Positions 52,274 to 62,262 of a stretch of 64,000 nucleotides of DNA are shown piece after piece. How positions within the stretch are numbered: position 1 is the first letter of the stretch; each line of letters starts with the position of its first letter. The translations under genes and the position numbers were made by a program. The notes beneath the pieces are model-generated. The model was not told the DNA's origin and searched no databases. It saw only the letters and a list, made by a program, of their open reading frames with translations. Where the stretch lies: positions 64,001 to 128,000 of the forward strand of contig CAVXEP010000029.1 of the NCBI GenBank assembly GCA_963760795.1, in the 5' to 3' direction. Source of the DNA: an uncultured delta proteobacterium (lineage in GTDB: Bacteria; Desulfobacterota; Binatia; UBA9968).

Positions 52274-54673
52274 ATGATTCCTCAGAAATCGTTGCGCCTC
52301 GACTTGTTCGCTTTGCTCCTCTTGGCGATCTTTGTCGTAGGTTTTTGTCAGGATTTAGTATTTTGGGGTGAGGTGCCTTCTTACCGTGATTTGACTAACT
52401 ACTTCTATCCGCTTCGTTACAGCCTGTACGAAAGTTACCGTGCCGGAGAGCTGCCGCTGTGGGACCGTCGTTTTGCTCAAGGCTTTCCTAATCTTGCCGG
52501 GCTTCAATCAGGCGTGTTCTATCCTCCTCATTTAGTGTTCTTGGTACTTTCATTTTTTCAAGCTATTCGCGCACTTTTTATTTTCCATTTTTTCATTGCA
52601 GTGATTGGCACATATTGTCTATTGCGTAATTGGAACTATACGCGCGACTTGGCGATCATTGGCGCCTTACTCTTCACGCTAGGCGGTGTGACGGTTTCGC
52701 TCACTAATCTGCTCAATCATTTTCAAAGCGCGGTGTGGCTACCCTGGCTGATCTTGGTGTGGGAACGTCTGCTGATTCGGCCCCGCTGGAGTGCCTTTCT
52801 TTCATTCGTATTTGTTGCTGCGCTGCAACTGCTTGCAGGCTCCCCGGAACTGTATGCCATGAGTATGGGGTTAGTGTTACTTCATGCTGTCTGGATTCGT
52901 GACTCACGAACAGAAGTATCCTACGGCAGAATCGTCGGTCTTCTTTTGGCGGGTAACGTTGTCCTGCTATCGGCTATTATGGCCCAGGCTCTACCAACTT
53001 TCGAACTGCTGATGCAATCACGAAGAGGCCTCTCAATACCTCAGTCTGAAGCGCTGATGTGGTCCTTCGAGCCATCAAGCCTTTTGAATCTGTTTTTTCT
53101 AGACAAGGAGGTTGAGCCCGAGATTTCGGCCGGGGTGCGATTATATTTTACGCGGAAGGTTCCATTTCTACTCAGCAGCTACTTGGGGATAGCGGTGCTA
53201 TTCGGAGTTGCGCTTTGGCTTTGCTACGGGAGTCGACGGGAAAAACTTATTTTAACGGGTCTTAGCTTGGGCACACTAGCCTTGGCATTGGGTAGTAACG
53301 CGCTTCTTTATCCCTTCATACTTAAACACGTTCCGGCATTAACAGCCGTTCGTTTTCCCGAAAAATTATTCTTTTTAACAAATGCATTGCTGTTATTCAT
53401 GGCAATGCGAGGACTTCAGGCTTTTTCACTCGACCGAAAGAAAACAACTATTGGGCCGACAATTGTCATGGGCGTCATCTGTATTCTATGGGCAAGCGCG
53501 TATATTATCTCGGTTGCCAAATCGGAGCTCGTATCTGACTTCATTGCGCTGGCAAGTAATATACCGCCGCTTTCGGAAGCCCATGCAAAAGCCTCAGCTT
53601 CAGTATTAGCCAATCTACAACGACAGCTACTGCTCTCGCTAGCGCTAGCTTTTCTCTTAACTCTTACCAGAACGCAATATCTTAAGCCGACGTTTTGTTC
53701 AATCCTTCTTGTCTCGATTGTATTCGTCGATCTGACATGGGCGCACCGAAGCTTCCTGTTCACTCTTCACCCCAATAAAGTCAGTGCGAGTCCACCGGTT
53801 TTGCAGCCATCCGAAGCCGGTTCAACGAGATGGTTTTTCTATCCTGCTCCCCAGGACCTTCACCCGGCGTTTTTTACCGTATGGGGGCGACCTACGTATC
53901 GAGACGGAGTAGCGTTATCATATCAAAATTACTTGCCAAACGTCGGCGTACTCAGCGGAATCGAATATTTTCAGGAAATTGACGCGCTGCTTCGTAAACC
54001 TTATTCGGAATTTCTAAGTGTGGCGAACAGCATGAAATTCCAGAATCAGATCAAGTTATTACGGACGTTTAACGTTGGATATATCGTAAGTTTTCGCGAG
54101 CTGCCAGAGCAGGGCGTGCGACTGATTCGTCGCTTTCCAGAGTATTTCTCGTGGCTCTACAAAGTGGATAATACGATACCGCGGGTCGTGATCGTGCCGA
54201 GGTATACTGTGGAAAAAGAGCCAGCCAAGATCCTGCAACGCCTAGCATCCGCAGATTTTGATCCTGATAAAGAAGTAATACTGAGTGAACTTGTGACACC
54301 CAGGCCTTTAGCGATATTGAAAGCGCAAGCGAAGATCACAAGCTATAAGAACAGCCGGGTGACAATACAAGCAACGACTAATGAAGCTGGCATTCTCATC
54401 CTCGCAGATTCTTATTATCCTGGATGGAAAGCTTATGTTGATGGTAGCGAAACAACGCTTTTGCGGGCCAATCACTTTTACCGAGCTGTGGAAGTCTCGA
54501 AAGGTAATCATAAAGTGGAATTCCTCTACGATCCCTTGTCATTTAGAGTCGGTATGATTGTTTCATCAGCCACTCTTCTTATACTCGGATTTGTGTCATT
54601 ATTACTGTTTCTGCGACGACGCCCAGGTTTTGTACGAGCGCCCGCAGCAGAATTGGACCTCGCCAAATTCTAA
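52274..54673 (+). CDS. YfhO-like polytopic membrane protein (predicted GT-C glycosyltransferase)
   Basis: DLTNYFYP, GELPLWD..GFP..A..QSGVFYP, RFPEK, LILADSYYPGWKAYVDG, VEFLYDP. Confidence 0.82.
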   Translation: MIPQKSLRLDLFALLLLAIFVVGFCQDLVFWGEVPSYRDLTNYFYPLRYSLYESYRAGELPLWDRRFAQGFPNLAGLQSGVFYPPHLVFLVLSFFQAIRALFIFHFFIAVIGTYCLLRNWNYTRDLAIIGALLFTLGGVTVSLTNLLNHFQSAVWLPWLILVWERLLIRPRWSAFLSFVFVAALQLLAGSPELYAMSMGLVLLHAVWIRDSRTEVSYGRIVGLLLAGNVVLLSAIMAQALPTFELLMQSRRGLSIPQSEALMWSFEPSSLLNLFFLDKEVEPEISAGVRLYFTRKVPFLLSSYLGIAVLFGVALWLCYGSRREKLILTGLSLGTLALALGSNALLYPFILKHVPALTAVRFPEKLFFLTNALLLFMAMRGLQAFSLDRKKTTIGPTIVMGVICILWASAYIISVAKSELVSDFIALASNIPPLSEAHAKASASVLANLQRQLLLSLALAFLLTLTRTQYLKPTFCSILLVSIVFVDLTWAHRSFLFTLHPNKVSASPPVLQPSEAGSTRWFFYPAPQDLHPAFFTVWGRPTYRDGVALSYQNYLPNVGVLSGIEYFQEIDALLRKPYSEFLSVANSMKFQNQIKLLRTFNVGYIVSFRELPEQGVRLIRRFPEYFSWLYKVDNTIPRVVIVPRYTVEKEPAKILQRLASADFDPDKEVILSELVTPRPLAILKAQAKITSYKNSRVTIQATTNEAGILILADSYYPGWKAYVDGSETTLLRANHFYRAVEVSKGNHKVEFLYDPLSFRVGMIVSSATLLILGFVSLLLFLRRRPGFVRAPAAELDLAKF

Positions 54674-54789
54674 GTCGTAGTCCCTGTTGTCGTTGCATTG
54701 AGATGACTATTGCAGCCCGCGCGGGCCGAGGTGCTTCGATGGTCCTGGGCGTGTGGGTCTGCTACTAACGTTCTTTGTTCTTATTTCTC

Positions 54790-55140
54790 TCACCTGTTGC
54801 TTCGAAAAATCGCCGATGATCGATTAGAGTTTTCGTCTCATGGCTGGATATTCTCATCTTAGGTGGAGCGATCGCAGGATTAATCCGAAACCTCCGCCGC
54901 CAGCAAAAGCTCTGGCGGCTTTGCCTCTTCTTTTCTTAAATATCGACGATAGCAGTCACAGGGGCAAGAGAGAGATTTGGTGCTGGCACATAGAAGGTAT
55001 GGTTGACGCTTGGCAAATCGGTGGCTGTTTTTGAAGAACCCTGCTGAAACGATCTTTTTTCCGCTAAGCTCAAAATGGTCGTGCTTAACATGTTTCTCGG
55101 GGTTGTCGTGTTTTTTTTGGGCCCGGGATATTTAATGAGT
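54790..55140 (+). pseudogene. Decayed ArnT/PMT-like (GT39/GT83) glycosyltransferase N-terminus
   Basis: AGYSHLRWSDRRINPKPPPPAKALAALPLL resembles AGY..L..GD.R.N.EHPPL.K..AALPL; interrupted by stops. Confidence 0.5.
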
Positions 55141-55584
55141 CATCCCTTCTCACAAAAGTTTCTGACCTTAATCGAAACAGTCATTTGTTACCAGAAGCTT
55201 GGCCCAAGCATGGTGTCAACGCCCACTCCCTCTAATCATTTTGTCTAATCCCTCGAACGCTGATTTAGCGCAGTAGCGGCCGTCTCCGTTGCGGCAGCAA
55301 CCTTAATCGTACTCAAACTATTAACAGTTAAGAACCGGATCAGTTCTGGCGTTCGTAGGGCAGTTGTCATGCCGCAATACCGCTGGAGGCTCGCCAAAGT
55401 TCATGTCGTCGATGTTAGAATCGCCTCAGTCGTTGCTCACCGATGACAGGGCTGGCACCCATGTCATTCGATGAGAATCATTAAGTCAATCTTCCCCAGC
55501 TTCAACAAGTTGGCTATATCCAGCCGGCGATGAATGGCGCTGGGAACTAAAACAACTTACAATCTCATAGATATGGAGGCACTC

Positions 55585-56004
55585 ATGATACAAAAACTTC
55601 TTGCGGTGTCACTAACCACATTGTTACTTTTCTCCTCAACGATGGTTTTTGCCCAAGCTTTCGGTGATTATGGCAGAGTGGTTGGGGGTCTTTCTCAGGG
55701 GCAAGGGGTAGCCGGACCCAGAGCTCCGGATAGCGCGCCACGAGGCGGTTCTGAAGCCGGTGGTGTGAGTGATGCTAAGGGTAAAGCAGTCCCCAGTCGT
55801 CTCGTGGTGGCGGCTACAGCGGCTGGCCTCTATCCCAAACAAGACGATGAATCAGAACAATTCGCCCAACTCGCCCGGGGTGAAATTCTTGTCCCAATGG
55901 GCCAAAGCAGCGGTGGCAATGACTGGTATATGGTCAGGACTCAGCAGGGCATGATCGGCTGGGTTAAGTCAGCCGACGTGAGAGAAGAGAAAGTCAAGAA
56001 CTAG
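55585..56004 (+). CDS. Secreted SH3b-domain protein
   Basis: Signal peptide; C-terminal DWYMVRTQQGMIGWVKS; GGAGG RBS. Confidence 0.75.
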   Translation: MIQKLLAVSLTTLLLFSSTMVFAQAFGDYGRVVGGLSQGQGVAGPRAPDSAPRGGSEAGGVSDAKGKAVPSRLVVAATAAGLYPKQDDESEQFAQLARGEILVPMGQSSGGNDWYMVRTQQGMIGWVKSADVREEKVKN

Positions 56005-56231
56005 TCTTTGCGATTCCGCGCGTTGACTCCATTGTTGTGTTTCGACACTTCCGGCGAATAATCAAGCAAGCCGCCCGAGTGTTGAGTCTAAAGTGAGAAG
56101 CAGGCAGTTACGCCTACCTAGACTCGCGCTCTCCGCTCCTGAGTTTTCTCTGAGATTTCATTCAACTACGCGATTGTTTCCGACCACTGGGTGGGTGCGG
56201 AGCGGCACCGAAGCTGCTCAACCACCAAGCC

Positions 56232-56390
56232 ATGGCATTCCCGATTGCTAAATCCAAAAAAATTCTCATCCCGGATGTTCCGCCGCCGACCACTCGTAAA
56301 TCGGAACCAGGGCTGGTCATTGCCGGGATTGGAATTTTATGCGGGTCGGTGGTGATCGCGGCGATGCTGTTCGTCTTTCTCGGCGCGTAA
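56232..56390 (+). CDS. Small (52 aa) protein with a C-terminal TM helix
   Basis: MAFPIAKSKKILIPDVPPPTTRKSEPGLVIAGIGILCGSVVIAAMLFVFLGA*; below ORF-track cutoff. Confidence 0.55.
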   Translation: MAFPIAKSKKILIPDVPPPTTRKSEPGLVIAGIGILCGSVVIAAMLFVFLGA

Positions 56391-56573
56391 GTCACCAGCA
56401 AGGAAAGAGTTATCGATGATAGGTCTATTTAGGGTCGTCCCACTAGTGACACTTCTCGTACTGGTTGTCTAAACTCAAATAACCGCACGCCGCGGAATTG
56501 TTAACCTGTCGGTTTGTCGGAGGGGACGGGGTAGCTCTCGGCAGAATTTCACCGTTCGCTAATAAGGAATAAG

Positions 56574-57950
56574 TGAACAACTGCCACCTGATGTCGAACA
56601 CCTAAGTGCCATATGATGTCGAACAGCTCTGCTAGGGTCGGTGAAAACACTGATGAAGGACAACCGACCATGGTTAAAAACATTCTACGGTCGAAAGACG
56701 TAAAGCGATGGTGAGTGCGGTCCGTCAGGGAGAATCGTTGCGCCGGGTAGCTCGACGCTTTCGCGTGAGCGTTTCCACGGTGCACTATTGGGTCGAGCGG
56801 AGTGAGGGAAGAAGACTGAGCAGGGTCGACTGGCAGGATCGGTCCCATCGACCCCGCAACATTCGCCGGACCAAGCGAAGCGTTGAGAACTTGATTGTTA
56901 AAGTACGGACTCAGCTCAAGGACCGTAGCGTCCTAGGCGAATACGGAGCGCAAGCCATTCAGCGAGAATTGGTCGCAAGCGGGGCAACCGGGGTTCCCGC
57001 ACTGCGCACCATCGGGCGCATTTTGGAGCGGCGTGGTGCATTGGATGGTCGGTATCGAAGACGCCATCCACCGCCGCCAGCCGGCTGGTACTTGCCCGAT
57101 GTCGCAGCGCGAAGAAGCGAGTGGGATAGCTTCGATGTCGTCGAGGGATTGGTCATCGAAGGTGGAATTGGAGTTGAGGTTCTCAATGCCGTGTCGCTGC
57201 ACGGAGGATTGGTTGCCTCTTGGCCCGATCGCACCATCTTGGCTCATACGGTGGTCCAATCCTTGGTTGAACACTGGCGAACCTTTGGGCTGCCAGCCTT
57301 TGTCCAATTTGACAACGACACTCGTTTTCAAGGCGCTTCATCAGTTTAAGGACACCATTGGAAGAGTCATCCGCCTTTGCCTGAGCCTAGGAGTGACCGC
57401 AGTCTTTGCTCCGCCACGGGAAACCGGCTTCCAAGCCGCAGTCGAAAGCTTCAACGCTCGCTGGCAAGCCAACGTTTGGCAGCGCTTCCATTTCGACTCC
57501 CTTGCGGACTTGCAGTCTCAGTCCGCTAAGTATTCGGTCGCCTACCGTCAACGTGCTCGATTGCGTATCGAGGCCGCGCCCCGCAGACGCTTGTTTCCTC
57601 GCTCTTGGAAGCTCAATCTCCAAGCTCAGCTGATCGGCTGCATTATTTACCTGCGCAGAACCGATGCTCACGGTCGCGTGAGCCTGCTCGGTCACTCCGT
57701 TATGGTCAACCGTTCTTGGCCTCACCGTTTGGTCCGAGCCCATGTTGATCTCACCGCTCACCAGATCCGCTTCTACGCACTTCGACGTCGTGAACCCAAC
57801 TGGCATCCGCTCTTGAAAACCGTCGCTTATCACTTCCCCGAAAGGAAATTCATCGATGTACGAAAATCTTGACATAATTAGCTGTTCGACATCCTGTGGC
57901 ACGTACACGATTTAGGATTAAAGTGTTCGACATCAACTGACATGTGTCTA
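56574..57950 (+). mobile_element. IS481-like insertion sequence (1377 bp) with 5-bp target duplication ATAAG
   Basis: Two GATGTCGAACA-containing repeats at each end in inverted orientation; ATAAG at 56569-56573 and 57951-57955. Confidence 0.85.
56708..57872 (+). CDS. DDE (rve-type) transposase with N-terminal HTH, frameshift near 57340
   Basis: SLRRVARRFRVSVSTVHYW HTH; FGLPAFVQFDND; GFQAAVESFNARW. Confidence 0.85.
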
Positions 57951-58015
57951 ATAAGTTTTTAGATTAAGTCGGCGGGGGTTCCGATTTGCCGCTTGATAAA
58001 CACGAGATCTTAGTC

Positions 58016-58435
58016 TCAAGCGACGGTCAGGCGCTTTAATATGGAGTCGTTGCCGATGACGTGAAACTCCATGTAGTCGATCAACCCACGAGCGACAACA
58101 AAATAACGCTGCAACTGTTCGGCGGAGGACTGTTGCACCGGCGCGGGGCTTTTTGTCGCGCGAAATGATTGAACCTCTTGGACTAAACCGCGCAACGCCG
58201 GTGGTAATACGTCCCACACGCCGGTTGTCTGGCAAATCGACACTAGATTCTGATGGTCGAGCTGCCGGGGCACGCTGCCGTGATTCTCGACGAGTGCGGC
58301 TTTAATCGCTTTTTCAACGGCTTCTGCCAATTTGTCGAACTGTGCTGGGTTGGTCTTTCGATCTGGAGCGTTCTCCGACACTAATTTGATATGGTCGCGT
58401 GCTTCACGCAACCACGGCTCCGCAAATAATCCCAT
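58016..58435 (-). CDS. Stand-alone HEPN-like protein
   Basis: WLREA..., AVEKAIKAAL...VP..DHQNLVSI pattern of HEPN helical bundles; AGGAGG RBS. Confidence 0.6.
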   Translation of the reverse strand: MGLFAEPWLREARDHIKLVSENAPDRKTNPAQFDKLAEAVEKAIKAALVENHGSVPRQLDHQNLVSICQTTGVWDVLPPALRGLVQEVQSFRATKSPAPVQQSSAEQLQRYFVVARGLIDYMEFHVIGNDSILKRLTVA

Positions 58436-58642
58436 AAACGCCTCCTAGAACGAACGACAAGTGGTTATGATAGGGTTCAAGCAAATATTTTACAAGTAAT
58501 TGTTTACCTAGCCGGCGCCATAAACAGAGCTGCATCGGGACAAATAATGGTACTGATTCAGGATCCGTCGCTCAAGACCGTAGGTCATTGTCGATCTAGG
58601 ATCAATTGGAGCGTTTCTGGTCATTCAAGAATTGCGTGCCAT

Positions 58643-58676
58643 AAAAAAAGCCCCCGAGCTTTCGCTCAGGGGCTTT
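58643..58676 (-). terminator. Intrinsic terminator downstream of the hydratase-aldolase gene
   Basis: AAAAAAAGCCCCCGAGC-TTTC-GCTCAGGGGCTTT. Confidence 0.8.
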
Positions 58677-58705
58677 AATTTCTGTTTCAGCGCTACTGTT
58701 TATCG

Positions 58706-59665
58706 CTATGCTGCGGAGCGTGACCGTGCGGCCTCCACTAACGGGCGGTATTTCTTGTTAAGTTCCATCCAATGGGCCGCGCGCTTATGTGCTTTGTCTA
58801 GCTCGGCTTCGGGGAACGTTACGAACGGAACTCGGGTCGGCCCGACTTTACAGTAGTCCGCGAATTCCGCCGGCCGCTTATTTCCCGCTCCCGGAACCGG
58901 CTTGCCAGCACCGACGCCACCCAAGTCTTCGATCACTTCCATCATCTTGGCCACGTCGCCTTTGCGGGCTTGCTCCAAGAGGTAGAGGATCGGCCAAGGT
59001 CCCATCCACACTTCTGTGGACCAGCAACCGGCGGCACCCATGGCGTAGTAGGGGTAGAGCTGCGTCTGATTGACGAACACGCTAATCTTTCCCCGGACAA
59101 TTTTCTGTAAATTCATGAATGCTTGAGTCGTGCGATGGCTGTCTTTCATGCCAATGATGTTTGACTTCTTAACCAATTCTCTGAATGCCGCCACTGGAAT
59201 CGTGAATTTATGATTGCCAGGGTTGTGATAAATTACGATGTTCAATGTCGGGAAAAGGTCGGCGATGTCATGATAGAACTTCACCGCGTCCTGGACATGC
59301 AAAGTTTCGTAATAAGGTACGCCTAGCAAAACACCTTCCGCTCCCAGATCCTTTACAAAGTTCATTTTCTGGATGACTTCGCGGGGATTGGGGCTGGTTA
59401 CACCAATAAACAGCGGCACGCGTTTTTTAACAGCATCGACGGTGGCAACGGCCAAGGTCTTAAATTCATCGAACAGTAAGTTGTAGCATTCGCCATAGGT
59501 ACCGGTGGTGGCGATATTGTTGACGCCGTCTTTGATGATCTTGTCGACGCCTTCTTTCAAATTATCCACCGCAATGGTTTGCGTGGCACGTAAATCGGTT
59601 GCATCCACGGTGGCGAAGGCGGGCATCATGCCCAATACGCCGTTGAACTCATTCGCTGTGATCAT
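58706..59665 (-). CDS. DHDPS/NAL family enzyme, NahE/PhdJ-like hydratase-aldolase
   Basis: MPAFAT, TTGTYGEC, VIYHNP..KF, GMKDS, SCWS-like GCWSTEVWMGP. Confidence 0.8.
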   Translation of the reverse strand: MITANEFNGVLGMMPAFATVDATDLRATQTIAVDNLKEGVDKIIKDGVNNIATTGTYGECYNLLFDEFKTLAVATVDAVKKRVPLFIGVTSPNPREVIQKMNFVKDLGAEGVLLGVPYYETLHVQDAVKFYHDIADLFPTLNIVIYHNPGNHKFTIPVAAFRELVKKSNIIGMKDSHRTTQAFMNLQKIVRGKISVFVNQTQLYPYYAMGAAGCWSTEVWMGPWPILYLLEQARKGDVAKMMEVIEDLGGVGAGKPVPGAGNKRPAEFADYCKVGPTRVPFVTFPEAELDKAHKRAAHWMELNKKYRPLVEAARSRSAA

Positions 59666-59899
59666 TGTATTACCTCCTGAGATTTATTGTAGATTTAGGG
59701 TCTTTGCGACGACACTCTTGTGAAGCCGCGCCCTAGTTTCTTTCCGCCTTGTTAACAGTTCTTCAAACAAATTGTCAAACGACCCTCGCTACCTGCTTTT
59801 CAATCTCTCTGGGGTTACTTGTCCGCAGCTCGCTTCGATTGTTTGATCCGTTCGATCTGATACCCCGCTGCTTGCGGTGGGTATTCGCAATGGAAAGAC

Positions 59900-59975
<76 letters not shown>

Positions 59976-59995
59976 TTATCTGTGAAATCAACAAC

Positions 59996-60312
59996 CTAAC
60001 CCTCATGCTTGGTGAGGGGAGAAACAGGTGCTGTGAATTGCGTTGTGAAATGATGGGCAATTTTCTCGACCGCTTCTGATTTATGATTTGGGCCCAAGTG
60101 CGCGTATCGTTGTAACATCTCAAGCTCTTTCCACCCCCAAGTTCCTGGATCGTTCGCATATCCACTCCAGCCACAGCTGATCTGCTGGCAAATGTATGGC
60201 GCAGAATATGGAGAGCAATATTGGATAATTTAGCATGCTTCCAAACAGTTTTAAACGCTGAGCGAATTCTCTCAAAGCGCGAGCTATCATGTATAAGAAA
60301 ACATGTTCCCAT
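59996..60312 (-). pseudogene. Tyrosine recombinase/integrase C-terminal remnant
   Basis: HILRHTFASR..AGVDMRTIQELGG, then frameshift to MLQRYAHLGPNH..EAVEKI. Confidence 0.8.
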
Positions 60313-60819
60313 CCAGCTGTTCGAGCCCAGGGTCGATGCACCGCCGAACTTGAGCTGTAAGATCGTGCTAATCCAGGCGTAGCGGCAAATCCGGGGTCCA
60401 AACTGCAGTCTGGCTAGACTAGATGCGTTAGTATTTTTCTGAGAGCGTTACTTGGAATTCAGACTACTTCTTTGTGTCTTTCAAGATTTCATTCAGAAGC
60501 TTGCGAATCGGTTCCATTTCACTCCACTCGGGACGGCTATCGATGTCCGTGTACTTTTCGCCTGGTTTGCGTCTGACATCGGGTATTTACCTATGAAAAA
60601 TCACCGGTTGAAACAAAAGAACCATCACGGTTCGACGACGAATCGATGTACCTCACAGCTGGCCGGTACAAGTGGATGGAATTCAGTTCGTCACGCCGAA
60701 TGCGCTTGCGCTCGCAAGTTCTTGACACGAATAAACATGCGAGGGTAGTATCGCCGAGACATTATCCTACGTTGTAAGACATCGGACAATTACTGGTATA
60801 GAAGTTGGAGGAGAAACAC

Positions 60820-61689
60820 ATGGCTTCGAAGGAATTGGACGCCATCGCGCCCTTTGAGAAATATTACGATGCCGCCGGCATTCGCACGCGTTGCTTTGAG
60901 AAGGGTGAAGGCAAGCCGCTCATCTTACTTCATGGTGGTGGCGGCCATGCTGAAACATGGGTCAGAAATATTCTACCGTTGTCACAAAAGTTTCGCGTTC
61001 TAGCCATTGATTATCTTGGTCACGGCTATACGGACAAACCCCATATCACTTACAACATCGATGCTTTCTCCAAGCATTTGATCGACTTCATGGATGCCGC
61101 CGGGATCACGAAAGCTCATCTGGTCGGCGAATCGCAGGGCGGGCAGATCAGCGTGTTGACTACCTACAGACACCCGGAACGGGTTGACAAACTGGGGCTC
61201 ATCGTCGGCGGTATTCCCTCCAACGAACATGGTTACATGGCGGGGCAGAACCGACTGCAAGACTTGAGCCGTGATGCCACCGAGAAACCGACTAAGGAAA
61301 CGATTCGAAAACGCATGGAGTGGCTGTTTCACGATCCGAAAACGTTGCCGGACGAGTTGGTCGAAATCAGATTGAAAATCTACAGCAACCCAGATTTTCA
61401 GCGCGTGTCCAAAAGCGGCGATCGCACGATCTATAATCTGATTGACAAGATTCCCAAGCTGCAAACACAAATCCTCTTTTTCTGGACCACCCATAATCCC
61501 ACCTGCCCTTGGCCGGTGGCGGACAAGGTTCACCAGTCAGTGCCGGGCTCGCGGTTTGTGCTCGTGGATAAATCGGGTCATTGGCCGCAGTACGAGAGGT
61601 ATGAAGAGTTCAATCGCGTACTTCTTGAGTTCTTTGACGATAGGCAAGATGAAGTTCTGATCGACACCTATCGAAAACGTTACTGGTAA
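60820..61689 (+). CDS. Alpha/beta hydrolase, meta-cleavage-product hydrolase (MhpC/BphD)-like
   Basis: LLHGGGG, GESQGG nucleophile elbow, SGHWPQYE. Confidence 0.85.
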   Translation: MASKELDAIAPFEKYYDAAGIRTRCFEKGEGKPLILLHGGGGHAETWVRNILPLSQKFRVLAIDYLGHGYTDKPHITYNIDAFSKHLIDFMDAAGITKAHLVGESQGGQISVLTTYRHPERVDKLGLIVGGIPSNEHGYMAGQNRLQDLSRDATEKPTKETIRKRMEWLFHDPKTLPDELVEIRLKIYSNPDFQRVSKSGDRTIYNLIDKIPKLQTQILFFWTTHNPTCPWPVADKVHQSVPGSRFVLVDKSGHWPQYERYEEFNRVLLEFFDDRQDEVLIDTYRKRYW

Positions 61690-61719
61690 GACTCTGCAAT
61701 GGTACTGGTGTCATGTTTT

Positions 61720-61890
61720 TAAGTCACAACCGAGACGATCACCCAGACGATAAGAAGACCGCAAAGATTATTCTCGGCCGCGTTACTGTTGCTTTGCGCA
61801 GGCATCTCGCATGCCGGTGAAGCACGGCAAGCAGCCTCGGACGAGTGGGAAAAGATTTTAGCGGAGGCAAGCAGGCTGGGAAGGTGACTC
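61720..61890 (+). pseudogene. N-terminal remnant of an extracellular solute-binding protein
   Basis: Signal peptide ..LFSAALLLLCAGISHAGEARQ..DEWEKILAEA then stop. Confidence 0.5.
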
Positions 61891-61954
61891 TTGTAATCAA
61901 CCTGGGCACGCCGGAATTTCGCCAAGCGGTGACGACCGCTTTTGCCCTCCCTGG

Positions 61955-62175
61955 GTGTCGCTGAACGCAACGAAGCATCTCGTCGTTTCTGCCGCTTATG
62001 AGGACGAGGTTCCTCGGCTTCGCCTCGGAATGACATCATGACACAATCTCTCAAGCCGCTAGGCTGGCGACAACACTTTAGGAGCCCTTCGACGAAGCTC
62101 AGGCGAACGGATAAAAGCTTTATTTGTAATGTCTGACAACCGTTCGTGGTGAGCCCAGTCGAACCATGAACGGGG
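61955..62175. repeat. Cluster of REP/MITE-like palindromic repeats
   Basis: GGTTCCTCGGCTTCGCCTCGGAATGACA unit; CCCTTCGACGAAGCTCAGGCGAACGG ... CCGTTCGTGGTGAGCCCAGTCGAACC inverted pair. Confidence 0.6.
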
Positions 62176-62262
62176 TTTTCACACCGCCTGTTGAAGAGGA
62201 TGATCCCCTCCCGCGAACCCACAAAGTCTTTCCCTGCCTCAAGATGCGGCGGTTGTTTTAAA

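Noticed and set aside
56550-56573. Possible dif/Xer site as the IS target
   Set aside because: The reconstructed empty site matches XerC/XerD arms only weakly (about half the positions), and it lies near the origin.
56574-56628. Direct repeats as a mini CRISPR array
   Set aside because: Only two copies with a tiny spacer, mirrored at the other transposase flank; these are IS ends, and there are no cas genes.
57330-57350. Programmed frameshift in the transposase
   Set aside because: No slippery heptamer is visible, the shift falls inside the catalytic core, and the window has many similar indels.
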